A stretch of 40,379 bases of DNA from Flavobacteriales bacterium (GTDB lineage Bacteria > Bacteroidota > Bacteroidia > M30B66), in NCBI GenBank assembly GCA_035388945.1, contig DAOOQW010000003.1, positions 1 through 40,379 of the forward strand, in the 5' to 3' direction. This document shows positions 25,621 to 34,995 of the stretch, one piece after another. Each line of letters begins with the position of its first letter. Position 1 is the stretch's first letter. Below the pieces are notes generated by a model, which saw only the letters and a program-made list of their open reading frames with translations, did not search any database and was not told the DNA's origin. A program made the translations under genes and the position numbers.

Positions 25621-26613
25621 ATGGAAACGGTTGTTAGCGGTATTAGGAGTACCGGAAATCTTCACATTGGAAATTACTTTGGAGCGGTAAAGAACTTCTT
25701 AAAGATGCAGCACGAGCAGCGCTGTTTTTTCTTTATAGCAGATATGCATGCGCTCACTACACATCCTAAACCGGGTGATTTCAAGCAGAGTGTAAAGAAT
25801 GTTTTGGTTGAGTATTTAGCTGCTGGAATTGATCCGGAAGTAAGTACTATTTATATCCAAAGTGATGTACCTCAGATTGCAGAATTGTATTTGTTATTTA
25901 ACATGTATGCCTATGTGGGTGAATTAGAGCGGTGCACATCGTTTAAGGAAAAAATCAGAAAGCACTCCGACAATGTTAATGCGGGTTTACTCACATATCC
26001 TGTATTGATGGCGGCAGATATCATCATTCATAAAGCCACGAAAGTTCCTGTTGGAAAAGATCAGGAGCAACACTTAGAAATGGCGAGAAATTTCGTCAAT
26101 CGCTTTAACCATTTATATCAGCAAGATTATTTCCCTGAACCGTATGCCTATAATTTTGGAGAGCAATTGGTAAAAGTTCCAGGATTGGATGGAAGTGGGA
26201 AGATGGGAAAAAGTGAAGGTGAAGGAAATGCAATATTTTTAGGAGAGGAGCCTGAAAGTATTCGTAAAAAAGTAATGCGAGCAGTTACCGATAGTGGACC
26301 AACCGAACCATTCCAAGCGAAAGCGGAACCGATAGCCAATTTATTTACGTTGATGTCGTTAGTTTCTGAACCCGAAACTTTGGCGTTTTTTGAAGAAAGC
26401 TATAATGCTTGTTCCATTCGGTATGGTGATATGAAAAAACAATTGGCCGAAGATATGATTCGTTTCACAGCACCTATTCGTGAACGAATTAAAGACATCC
26501 ATGCCAATGAGGATTACTTGAAAAAAGTGATGAAATCGGGCGGAGAGAAAGCAAGAGAAAGTGCTTCTGCCACGTTGAAAGATGTGCGAGAAATAATTGG
26601 TTTCATGCATTAA
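25621..26613 (+). CDS. trpS: Tryptophan--tRNA ligase
   Basis: Class I aaRS. HIGH-type motif GNLHIGNYFG and KMSKS-type motif GKMGKSEG. Length is 330 aa. Confidence 0.95.
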   Translation: METVVSGIRSTGNLHIGNYFGAVKNFLKMQHEQRCFFFIADMHALTTHPKPGDFKQSVKNVLVEYLAAGIDPEVSTIYIQSDVPQIAELYLLFNMYAYVGELERCTSFKEKIRKHSDNVNAGLLTYPVLMAADIIIHKATKVPVGKDQEQHLEMARNFVNRFNHLYQQDYFPEPYAYNFGEQLVKVPGLDGSGKMGKSEGEGNAIFLGEEPESIRKKVMRAVTDSGPTEPFQAKAEPIANLFTLMSLVSEPETLAFFEESYNACSIRYGDMKKQLAEDMIRFTAPIRERIKDIHANEDYLKKVMKSGGEKARESASATLKDVREIIGFMH

Positions 26614-26617
26614 AATT

Positions 26618-27115
26618 ATGGCCGAAACCCTGTTTTTTGAAAGTAGTCCAACAGATCGACTGAAGCGTTACCAAGAGCTAAACACTCAACTAGCTGCACT
26701 ACTATCGGGAGAAAAAGATGAAATAGCTTGCTTGGCTAATACGAGTGCGGCTATTACTGAAGCTTTTCAATTTCATTGGGTTGGATTTTATCGTGTTGAT
26801 GGGAATAATCTGGTTTTAGGACCATTTCAAGGACCAGTTGCCTGTTCTAGAATTGAGCATGGTAAAGGAGTTTGTGGCAAAGCTTGGAAGAATAATCAAA
26901 CCGTTTGCGTAGAAAATGTGCATGAATTTCCGGGACATATTGCTTGTAGTTTATTATCGCAATCGGAAATTGTAGTGCCCATAAGAAATCAAAGCGGTGT
27001 TGTTTGCGCCGTGTTAGATATTGATAGTTCTGAACTAGCAGATTTCTCTGAAGTAGATCAAGCTGGATTAGAGATACTTTGTAAAATGCTTGGGGAACAT
27101 TTGTATTCGGCATGA
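26618..27115 (+). CDS. GAF-domain free methionine-(R)-sulfoxide reductase-like protein
   Basis: HWVGFYRVDGNNLVLGPFQGPVACSRIEHGKGVCGKAW...VHEFPGHIACSLLSQSEIVVP matches the fRMsr/YebR pattern, including the conserved Cys residues. I prefer the ATG at 26618. Confidence 0.85.
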   Translation: MAETLFFESSPTDRLKRYQELNTQLAALLSGEKDEIACLANTSAAITEAFQFHWVGFYRVDGNNLVLGPFQGPVACSRIEHGKGVCGKAWKNNQTVCVENVHEFPGHIACSLLSQSEIVVPIRNQSGVVCAVLDIDSSELADFSEVDQAGLEILCKMLGEHLYSA

Positions 27116-28782
27116 GAAGAAAGCTAAGCCAAGTGTTTGAGTATTCCTTTATGGGACTGATGTTAGCTTCATGCGCAAGTCGTGTTCCGCCCAACGGAGG
27201 TGCGAAAGACACGGAAGCACCTGTAATAGTTTCCAGTGAACCGGATAGTGCTGCTTTAAATTTTCAAGGAAAGAAAGTTCGATTTACGTTTGATGAATTC
27301 ATTGATTTAAAAGATGGAGGAACGGGAATCGTTATATCTCCGCCATTATCTATTCCACCTAAGTATGTGGTGAAGGGTAAAACATTAGAAATAACTTTCG
27401 AAGAGAAATTAGATAGTGCAACTACCTATTCTATTATTCTGGGGAAATCGATAACAGATATCAGCGAGAACAATCCATTCCCAACAAAGACATTTGCTTT
27501 TAGTACAGGTCCTGTTATTGACTCCTTACAAATGTCGGGGAATGTAACAGATGCATACACGAATAAGGCAGTTAAAGATGCTGTTGTGATGTTATATCCA
27601 ACTTTAGATGATTCGCTTCCTTATAAAAAACTTCCTCGCTATTTTGCTCGAACCGATGCTTCAGGAAATTATCAAATAGAGGCGATTCGAGCTGGTGAAT
27701 ACTTAGCTTTTGCTTTATCGGATGCTAATTCGAATTTCTTATATGATCAACCAGATGAGCAAATTGGTTTTTTAGCAAATCCGATTCGAATTGATTCTAA
27801 TAAAACGAGTGGTATTAGTTTTAGAATGAGTCCAGAAAAGGCTAAACGTCAAAGACTTATTAAAAAGGAGTTTGAACTTCCCGGGAAAATCACGTTGAAA
27901 TATGCATTACCAGTTGAGTCGCTCGAACTAAAGGATTATAGTGGTAATGCTCAAACCATTTATCCTGAATTTAATATAGACAGAGATTCTATTGTCCTAT
28001 GGTTGAAACCAGCTCAGACCGATAGCTTGAATTTGATATGCATTTCCAAGTCTTTGGGACAAGAAAAGATTGACACCTTAAATTATCTACCCGGTCAACT
28101 CAGACGAAAAGCTACAGTAAAAAAGCGAAATACCAGTAAAGTAGATACGTTGCTGCATTTTACAAACAACTTAGAAACCGGCAAGATTCGACCTACAGAG
28201 AATTTAGAGTTGATATCTAATCATCCATCAAAATTGAAAAACCGGGATCAAGTTTATTGGGTGATCGGAAAAGACACAACTAAAGCTCAGTTTATAGAAT
28301 CGGAGGATCGTTTTACTTTTAAAACACAGGTAAAAGTTCCATCTGAACTAGGAAATAAAGCAGTTTTAGTGATGATGCCGGGTGCATTTGAAGATATTTT
28401 TTCAATCCAAAACGACACGACAAAAACGGCAGTCAATAGATTTGTAGAGGATGATTTAGGCTTGTTGGATTTCAGAATTAAATCGGCAGATTCAACTAGC
28501 ACATTTATTTTGGAATTATTTACCAGTAAAGGCAAGAAACTCTATTCAAAACAAGTAAAACCTGGAACTCCTGTTGTCATTGAAGGATTAGTTCCTGGCT
28601 CTTATAGTGCCCGAATTATTGAAGATTTAGATCAAGATGGCTCTTGGTCGAAAGGACGATTTTCAGATCGAAAACAGCCTGAACGGATTCGACCATATTT
28701 AGGTGAAATAACCATTCGGGCAGGATGGGATTTAGAGCTTGAATGGGATCTAAATGCAGAAAAAAAGTTATCAGTCAAATAG
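27112..28782 (+). CDS. Ig-like (SbsA/Big_5-type) domain lipoprotein with a carboxypeptidase-regulatory-like domain
   Basis: Lipobox GLMLASC|ASR. DTEAPVIVSSEPDSAALNF is Big_5-like. SGNVTDAYTNKAVKDAVVMLY...TDASGNYQIEAIRAGEY is CarbopepD_reg-like. Its ATG overlaps the upstream stop (ATGA at 27112-27115). Confidence 0.7.
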   Translation: MRRKLSQVFEYSFMGLMLASCASRVPPNGGAKDTEAPVIVSSEPDSAALNFQGKKVRFTFDEFIDLKDGGTGIVISPPLSIPPKYVVKGKTLEITFEEKLDSATTYSIILGKSITDISENNPFPTKTFAFSTGPVIDSLQMSGNVTDAYTNKAVKDAVVMLYPTLDDSLPYKKLPRYFARTDASGNYQIEAIRAGEYLAFALSDANSNFLYDQPDEQIGFLANPIRIDSNKTSGISFRMSPEKAKRQRLIKKEFELPGKITLKYALPVESLELKDYSGNAQTIYPEFNIDRDSIVLWLKPAQTDSLNLICISKSLGQEKIDTLNYLPGQLRRKATVKKRNTSKVDTLLHFTNNLETGKIRPTENLELISNHPSKLKNRDQVYWVIGKDTTKAQFIESEDRFTFKTQVKVPSELGNKAVLVMMPGAFEDIFSIQNDTTKTAVNRFVEDDLGLLDFRIKSADSTSTFILELFTSKGKKLYSKQVKPGTPVVIEGLVPGSYSARIIEDLDQDGSWSKGRFSDRKQPERIRPYLGEITIRAGWDLELEWDLNAEKKLSVK

Positions 28783-28783
28783 C

Positions 28784-31700
28784 CTAATTACGCGTGAATT
28801 TTAGGATTGACAATTCTCCTATCGGATTACGAATCTCGATGAAATATAGCCCTGCTGCAGCTTGAAGGTTCATGCTCCACTGGCTATTAGAATTGAAGAG
28901 CGTTTCAGAATGTGTTTGGATACAACGTCCTCCAATATCTAAAATTCGAATAGAGTATTTCCCCGAAATTAACTGGTTCCCGCTTAAAATAAACTGCCCA
29001 TCTGTAGAAGGATTTGGCCAAAGCTGAAATGAGTTCTCACTTAGATTCAAACTTGCTTGAAAACCTTCTGGAACATCATCTCCGGCAGGGAAAACAACAT
29101 AATCAATCCATGCAGCATCTTCATTTGACGAAATCATTTCATCTTTAGCATATACCCACATAAACTCGTGCAAACCTGATGTAATAGGGAATTGCTCTTG
29201 AGACCAATCAACCACACCTGACCAAGATTGGATTTCATTTCCATCCACATAAAATTTTAGAAAATCATATCCTTCCTCAGAAGAAACTTTCTTCATAAAA
29301 CGAAGTGTATCTGCAACAGAAACGTTCCAGTTGATAATCAAACTAGATGTCATATTATTAGAAATGGTGCCCGACTTAAAGCTAGTTGCGCCTTCATATT
29401 TGATATCCTGATCAATCGTCCAAGGTGATTCATCGGCATTCTGCCAAGCAAAATGAGTGAAATCGTTTGTTTCAGCATCTTCAATCTTAGCACCTACATG
29501 GATAATAACATCTTTGGTGATTGAATAATCTCCTGCCATCCATGTATAAGTAGCAGGAATATAAGAACCAGCAAGAACACTAGATGAAATGGTAAGTGTA
29601 TAGTTACTAGCTAGTTGATTTGCAGCATCAACCGACAAAATCGATTGCGATGGTTGATCTACTGTAAATTGATTGGTTGAACCTGTAAGTGTTCCGTTTC
29701 CATCAAGAGTAGCAGCGTGTCCCGCGTTATTATTGATAAATTCGATTTGGATAGATTCACCTGCATCTGGTAATCCATTGCCATTACCCGAAACTTCAGT
29801 GATTACAACAGAAGTAATATGAAGTTCTGGAGCATTTATCATTACTGTAATTGGCTGAGACCATTCTTGTCCGGCATCATCGGAATAGGTGATGATAAAA
29901 TGAGCCAAGGTTTGATCCTGAATTGAGCTGCTTACCTGAAACTGAAAACAATCACTTGACTGAATTGAATTTCCTGCATCCACTAAGCCAATCGGACATT
30001 GATTTTGAAGAATGATGATATAGGAATCGTTAGATGTTAAAGTTCCCATTACATCGTTTGCAGAAATTCCACCTACATTTTGAATGGTCGTATTGAGGTA
30101 AATCGTTTCACCAAAGTCGGCTAGCTGATTTCCATTTCCAGAAGCTTCACTAAAGGAGTGATTACTCACTAGAATAAAAGCATCCGAAGGATTTTCAATT
30201 TGAACAGGGCCTTGATATGGGATACGATTAAAAGCTGTAACAGTAACCAATAAAGGATCCATGAGAGTAAGTGGTTCAAATTCAACCCATGCTTGTCCAC
30301 CACTCACTAAAGAAGAACCGAGTAAAATTCCATTCTGAGTGATAGCCACTCGTGCATTTTCGACATCAACCGAAACCATGAAACCATTCGAACCTAATGC
30401 AGTTGTTGCAGCATGAGTAACATTCATGGCAAGAGGAATGGAAGTACGAACCATTAATGAAGGATCACCGAAGACATGCCAAGTAGCAGTCATTTCATCA
30501 CCGGCATCGCCATATTCATCGTTCATTTTGAGACAACCATTTAGGCTTAGTCCACCAAAAGTGCGAGTAGTTGTAGTTAGAACATTTCCGGTTAGCAGAT
30601 CAACCATTTCATCTTGAGCAGCCATTGGAGGATCCCAACTTTGATTGATAGATGACATAAATGTAGCAACGACACCAGTAAGCTGACCATTTCGAGTTGC
30701 TCTTAGCCAAGCTTCACCGAAACACGTTCCATTATCGAATTCACCATTTACACAGCCAACAGACCAGATAAATGGTAGCAATCCATTGTTTTGGAGTTGA
30801 TTGATTTCGGAGTTGGAGAATCCGCTTGTTCCAAAGCTAACAGCAGAACCATGACCAGTATAATTTATCAAACCTACACCTTGGTTAAGAATGGTAGAAA
30901 CATCTGATGGGGAAGGGTTTCCATCCGGATCGAGTTCCCCTTGAGAGCCATCGTATTGCTCAAATGCTTCTGCATAAGTGTACGAAGTAAGCTTATCGCG
31001 CATCACCCGTTCATGTTCCCAATCTAATTCATTGTCATCCCCTGGACCTTGATCTGAAGCCATCACGAGCACTTGGTCGAGATTGGAAGTAGGAAGAAGA
31101 GCTTTCTCGTATTGGACAATTTTACTTACCTGAGTAGCAACATGAGTGGAATTTTCGGCAGAGATTCGACCTACAATTACTTCGGGATAGGTATCATTTC
31201 CAAGGATGAAGCCATAGGTTGGATCCGATTTCCCTCCAAATGATTGAGGAGAAGGAATTTGACTGATATCACCCACCAAAAGCAAGTATGTTAAACCATT
31301 AGATGTATAACGTGAATGAACCGCATTGGTGATTCCTGCTACATTTCCTCCAGCTTCGGCCAATGTGATTACTTCGACATTCATACCTGATTCACGTTTC
31401 CATTGAACAAGTGGTTCGAGTTCCGTTTGGAAAGCCGGATCAGTAATAATCAACATGTTCGTTTGCTCGGTAATCGCAGTATAGCGATCGGTTCCGAAAT
31501 TGACGAAGTGATTCGTATATAGTTCTTGGCGGACAGAATTTACTCGAATGTCTGCATTTCGGTATAAAGGATTTATAGGAGTATGACCAGATACAGGCCG
31601 AAGAATTACATCAATTTGATCGGTAACATGTAATGTATGCGTTTGAGCATTGTATTGAAATGGATAGAAGAGAACTGTTTGTCCGCGGAAATCGGAAAGG

Positions 31701-32158
31701 ATGTGTGGATTTCGAAGAGCGACTTGTGCTTCCGGGAAAAGAGAATTGCTAGAATAAACTTCTCCAGCAATACGTGAAATGGAATTGGGGTCGATGGTAC
31801 GTTTGATATTGCCTTTGGAAGGAGCGATATTGATATTAGTCAGTTCGGTTTGATGAGAACTAAGGACTTCGGCTTGAAGTGTAGCAAGATCTGGAATGAT
31901 GACAGAAGCAGAGAAAAGAGGAAGATCTGGAGCTCCTTTTCTAAGGATTGGTGTACAACCTTCGGCAACGACAATCGATTGAGGTCCATTCGGTGTTGAA
32001 ACTGATTGAAGTGCATAATCACCTAATTGAAAACGAAGATGTATAGGTTGATTTATACCGTCTCCACTTATCCAAGTAACGTTGCTTTCTTGTGCGTGAA
32101 GCAATGAAACAAAGCTTGAGAAAAGGATGCAGGTAAATAAAAAGGAGAGCTTCTTCAT
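28784..32158 (-). CDS. Gingipain-like C25 cysteine peptidase, T9SS cargo
   Basis: The catalytic dyad context aligns with gingipain R as I recall it: INYTGHGS (His codon 30851-30853) and LPFIWSVGCVNGEFDNGTCFGEAW (Cys codon 30752-30754). YLLLVGD is also present. Signal peptide MKKLSFLFTCILFSSFVSLLHA|Q from the ATG at 32158. Two tandem Ig-like repeats span about 29486-30178. The type-A T9SS CTD (about 28787-29032) reads LWPNPSTDGQFIL...AAGLYFIEIRN...ILKFTRN. Confidence 0.88.
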   Translation of the reverse strand: MKKLSFLFTCILFSSFVSLLHAQESNVTWISGDGINQPIHLRFQLGDYALQSVSTPNGPQSIVVAEGCTPILRKGAPDLPLFSASVIIPDLATLQAEVLSSHQTELTNINIAPSKGNIKRTIDPNSISRIAGEVYSSNSLFPEAQVALRNPHILSDFRGQTVLFYPFQYNAQTHTLHVTDQIDVILRPVSGHTPINPLYRNADIRVNSVRQELYTNHFVNFGTDRYTAITEQTNMLIITDPAFQTELEPLVQWKRESGMNVEVITLAEAGGNVAGITNAVHSRYTSNGLTYLLLVGDISQIPSPQSFGGKSDPTYGFILGNDTYPEVIVGRISAENSTHVATQVSKIVQYEKALLPTSNLDQVLVMASDQGPGDDNELDWEHERVMRDKLTSYTYAEAFEQYDGSQGELDPDGNPSPSDVSTILNQGVGLINYTGHGSAVSFGTSGFSNSEINQLQNNGLLPFIWSVGCVNGEFDNGTCFGEAWLRATRNGQLTGVVATFMSSINQSWDPPMAAQDEMVDLLTGNVLTTTTRTFGGLSLNGCLKMNDEYGDAGDEMTATWHVFGDPSLMVRTSIPLAMNVTHAATTALGSNGFMVSVDVENARVAITQNGILLGSSLVSGGQAWVEFEPLTLMDPLLVTVTAFNRIPYQGPVQIENPSDAFILVSNHSFSEASGNGNQLADFGETIYLNTTIQNVGGISANDVMGTLTSNDSYIIILQNQCPIGLVDAGNSIQSSDCFQFQVSSSIQDQTLAHFIITYSDDAGQEWSQPITVMINAPELHITSVVITEVSGNGNGLPDAGESIQIEFINNNAGHAATLDGNGTLTGSTNQFTVDQPSQSILSVDAANQLASNYTLTISSSVLAGSYIPATYTWMAGDYSITKDVIIHVGAKIEDAETNDFTHFAWQNADESPWTIDQDIKYEGATSFKSGTISNNMTSSLIINWNVSVADTLRFMKKVSSEEGYDFLKFYVDGNEIQSWSGVVDWSQEQFPITSGLHEFMWVYAKDEMISSNEDAAWIDYVVFPAGDDVPEGFQASLNLSENSFQLWPNPSTDGQFILSGNQLISGKYSIRILDIGGRCIQTHSETLFNSNSQWSMNLQAAAGLYFIEIRNPIGELSILKFTRN

Positions 32159-32205
32159 AAAAAACAATGTTCAGCAAGATAGAAAATACTGAGCATCAAA
32201 TAAAG

Positions 32206-32226
32206 AAGCCAGCTTAAAGCTGGCTT
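32206..32226 (-). terminator. Intrinsic terminator after the Zn-peptidase gene
   Basis: Minus strand reads AAGCCAGC-ttta-GCTGGCTT followed by CTTTATTTG. It lies between the stop at 32249 and the C25 peptidase start. Confidence 0.6.
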
Positions 32227-32248
32227 AAAATTATCGAAACGACTGAAA

Positions 32249-32929
32249 TTAGTTTCTTCGACTATTCAAGATAGAAACATAATACAACAAAGTAGCAATT
32301 GAACCAATGGCGGCAACCACGTAAGTCATAGCAGCCCATTGCAAAGCATCTTTCGCTTTATCGTGTTCGGTTCCAACAGTCATTCGCGTACTTTCTAGCC
32401 AAATTAAAGCTCTACGAGAAGCATCAATTTCTACTGGAAGTGTGATGAGACTAAAAAGCGTTGTGAGCGCGAAAAGTACAACTCCAGCAAGAAGAAGAAA
32501 CGGAAATACGTTCAACAAAAGGACACCAGCAAGTAAAATCCATTGTACAATATTGGAAGAAAACTGAACAGCTGGAACTAAAGCAGAGCGCATCGAAAGC
32601 CAAGCATAGCCTTTTGCATGTTGCAAAGCGTGTCCGCACTCGTGAGCCGCAACTGCAGCAGAAGAGATACTTCTTCCATTATACACTTCAGGACTCAGAT
32701 TTACTGTTTTTTCGAGCGGATTATAATGGTCAGATAAAAAGCCTTCAACCGAAGTAACCTTTACATCAGTAATTCCATTATCCCGAAGCATTTTTTCAGC
32801 GATTTCCTTTCCACTAAGTCCTACTTGTAGGAAATCTTCTGAATACTGTTTGAACTTACTTTTTAGTCGGTAGCTCACAAACCAAGAAGCTGCCATGACT
32901 AAAATCATTATCACATATATACCACCCAT
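32249..32929 (-). CDS. Membrane-anchored neutral zinc metallopeptidase (YugP/Zn_peptidase_2-like)
   Basis: HExxH in AAHECGHALQH. An N-terminal TM helix and C-terminal TM helices are present. Length is 226 aa. Confidence 0.85.
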   Translation of the reverse strand: MGGIYVIMILVMAASWFVSYRLKSKFKQYSEDFLQVGLSGKEIAEKMLRDNGITDVKVTSVEGFLSDHYNPLEKTVNLSPEVYNGRSISSAAVAAHECGHALQHAKGYAWLSMRSALVPAVQFSSNIVQWILLAGVLLLNVFPFLLLAGVVLFALTTLFSLITLPVEIDASRRALIWLESTRMTVGTEHDKAKDALQWAAMTYVVAAIGSIATLLYYVSILNSRRN

Positions 32930-33101
32930 TTTTTTGGTTTTAAGTTGTTGCTACTGGTTTACAAACAGTATTCCGATTGATTTATTTCAGACAGAAAGTC
33001 GAATTGCCTGTCAGTCATGCTTAAATGAAATGAAAATGTGTCAATGCAGGAAGAAATAACAAACCCGAGCGCCATTATGTCATTCGACAGAAAATAAAAA
33101 T

Positions 33102-33112
33102 GCCATTATGGC
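33102..33112. promoter_or_regulatory. Palindrome GCCAT-T-ATGGC (operator candidate) abutting a -7-like box upstream of hsp20
   Basis: Perfect 5-1-5 palindrome. The half-site-containing 9-mer GCCATTATG also occurs at 33071-33079, 31 nt upstream. The -7-like TATTTTAG at 33114-33121 follows directly. Confidence 0.3.
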
Positions 33113-33172
33113 TTATTTTAGTCGATGGAATGCAAGTTGAAAAGGGGCTGGAAACTTAAAAACAATAACATC

Positions 33173-33619
33173 ATGACACTTATAAAATTTAACAAACCAG
33201 CTCAACGTCCTGTTACACCTATGTTTTCGAATCTTTTCCAAGATTTATTTGACCAAGAACTTCCAGGATTTCGTTTAGGAGGAAACACGAATGGTTTACC
33301 TGCGGTGAATATTTCAGAAACGGAACAAAACTTCCATTTAGAATTGTCATCGCCAGGTTTTACGAAAGAAGAAATTGAGCTTTCGATTGATCAGGATACA
33401 TTAATCGTAAGTGGAGAAAAGAAATCGGAGAATGAGCAAACAGAGAAACGTTATAGCCGCAAAGAATTCAGTTATCAGAATTTCAAGCGCAGTTTTACGT
33501 TACCCGAAAATGTAGATCAAGAAAAGATTTCGGCTCGCTTTGAACATGGTATTTTACTTATTGATTTGCCGAAACGTGAACAAGAAGCTAAAACGGTAAA
33601 AAAGATATCGTTGAACTAA
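33173..33619 (+). CDS. Hsp20/alpha-crystallin family small heat-shock protein
   Basis: The alpha-crystallin domain runs from PAVNISETEQNFHLELSSPGF to FTLPENVDQEKISARFEHGILLIDLPK. I prefer the ATG at 33173 over the ORF-track start at 33125. Confidence 0.92.
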   Translation: MTLIKFNKPAQRPVTPMFSNLFQDLFDQELPGFRLGGNTNGLPAVNISETEQNFHLELSSPGFTKEEIELSIDQDTLIVSGEKKSENEQTEKRYSRKEFSYQNFKRSFTLPENVDQEKISARFEHGILLIDLPKREQEAKTVKKISLN

Positions 33620-33643
33620 GATTGGGATTGGTTGATTGAGGGG

Positions 33644-33680
33644 AAAGCGTTGGATATTCTATCCAGCGCTTTATTTATTT
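33644..33680 (+). terminator. Intrinsic terminator after hsp20
   Basis: AAAGCGTTGGATA-ttc-TATCCAGCGCTTT is a 13-bp stem with one G-U pair, followed by ATTTATTT. Confidence 0.8.
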
Positions 33681-33705
33681 AAAATAATCCCATTATGTTT
33701 GAGGT

Positions 33706-34632
33706 ATGACAGAAGAAGCATGGTTTCTTATTGTAAATCCCCAAGCTGGTGGTGGAAAAGGGCTTAAGAAAAAAGCATCCATTATAGCTGCTTTGCAACA
33801 TGCTGGACTGAGTCATTTTGTTTACGAAACTAAATGTCCGGGAGATGCTTCTACAAGTGTGGAAGAAGCCGTATCAAAGGGATATAGAAGATTTGTTGTA
33901 GCTGGAGGAGATGGGACATTAAATGAGGTGGCAAATGGGATATTAAATCAGAAATATGTTCCATCCGACCAATTATTACTAGCACAAATACCAGTTGGGA
34001 CGGGAAATGATTGGAGAAAAAGTTGGAACATTCCTAATTCCATTGAAGGTTCAGTAGCCTTATTAAAGAACCCAAAATCAGCTAAACAAGATGTGGCATC
34101 GATAACTTTTCAAGCTAATGGAAAGGAAGAAAAGTTGTGGTTTATGAATGTTGCAGGATGTGGTTTTGATGCAGAGGTTACTTTATCGGCAAATGCTGCA
34201 AAGGCAAAAGGCAAGAGTGGATTTTTCACTTATATCGGACAATTGGTTAAAACATTAGCAAGCTATCAAGAACCAGAAGTCCAATTTCGGGTTGATAATC
34301 AAACGCATTCAGCTCATTTATTTTCTTTATTAGCGGGAATCTGCAAGTATGCCGGAAATGCAATGAAGCTTGTTCCTCAAGCAAATCCAAGTGACGGATT
34401 ATTTCATTTGACAATTGCTTCAAAAATCAGTCGATTGAAAGTCATTTTAAATTTACCTCGCCTATTTAGTGGAAGTTTCACGCAACTAAAAGAGGTAAAA
34501 TCTTTAACCTGCACCGAAATCGAAATTCAGACATCAGGTTTACCTATTCAGGCAGATGGTGAATCAATCGGCCATACTCCAGCTATCTTTGTCGTTCATC
34601 CTCTAAAACTTCACATAGTAATAGCACCCTGA
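33706..34632 (+). CDS. Diacylglycerol/lipid kinase family protein (YegS-like)
   Basis: DAGK catalytic-domain motifs: FLIVNPQAGGGKG, VVAGGDGTLNEVANG and PVGTGNDW. Confidence 0.88.
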   Translation: MTEEAWFLIVNPQAGGGKGLKKKASIIAALQHAGLSHFVYETKCPGDASTSVEEAVSKGYRRFVVAGGDGTLNEVANGILNQKYVPSDQLLLAQIPVGTGNDWRKSWNIPNSIEGSVALLKNPKSAKQDVASITFQANGKEEKLWFMNVAGCGFDAEVTLSANAAKAKGKSGFFTYIGQLVKTLASYQEPEVQFRVDNQTHSAHLFSLLAGICKYAGNAMKLVPQANPSDGLFHLTIASKISRLKVILNLPRLFSGSFTQLKEVKSLTCTEIEIQTSGLPIQADGESIGHTPAIFVVHPLKLHIVIAP

Positions 34633-34995
34633 ATGTTTTCAAAGAAAGTAACGAACTGGTTTCAAGTATTTAGCTCAGTAGAAAAGGCGAAAGAGCAGGT
34701 TCCGCTTAACAAAACAATAGCTGTTGAATTAGGTGACAAGCGCATCTGTTTAGCAAGAACAGAAAAAGGTTTTTTTGCTTTGGATGAAAAATGTCCCCAT
34801 CAAAATTTACCTATCACTCACGGTGGAATTTGTGAAAATGGAACAATTGTATGTCCGTTTCACCGCTATGCATGGGATTTAAAAACAGGTAGAGAAGTGG
34901 AACGCCGTGAGGGAAATATTCAATTATACCCAGTTGAAGAACGTGCTGAAGGCTTATTTGTGGGAATTGAAACGAAGAAAGGCTGGTTTAGTTAG
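34633..34995 (+). CDS. Small Rieske [2Fe-2S] domain protein
   Basis: CPHQNLPITHG...CPFHRYAW forms CxH-N17-CxxH. Length is 120 aa. Its ATG directly follows the lipid kinase stop codon (TGAATG). Confidence 0.85.
   Translation: MFSKKVTNWFQVFSSVEKAKEQVPLNKTIAVELGDKRICLARTEKGFFALDEKCPHQNLPITHGGICENGTIVCPFHRYAWDLKTGREVERREGNIQLYPVEERAEGLFVGIETKKGWFS

Noticed and set aside
28784-32158. Possibility that the C25 protein is the T9SS sortase PorU
   Set aside because: PorU genes are usually adjacent to porV, and none is present here. The protein also has a classic cleavable type-A CTD and a gingipain-like propeptide region. I kept it as a cargo protease, but a phylogeny is needed to exclude PorU.
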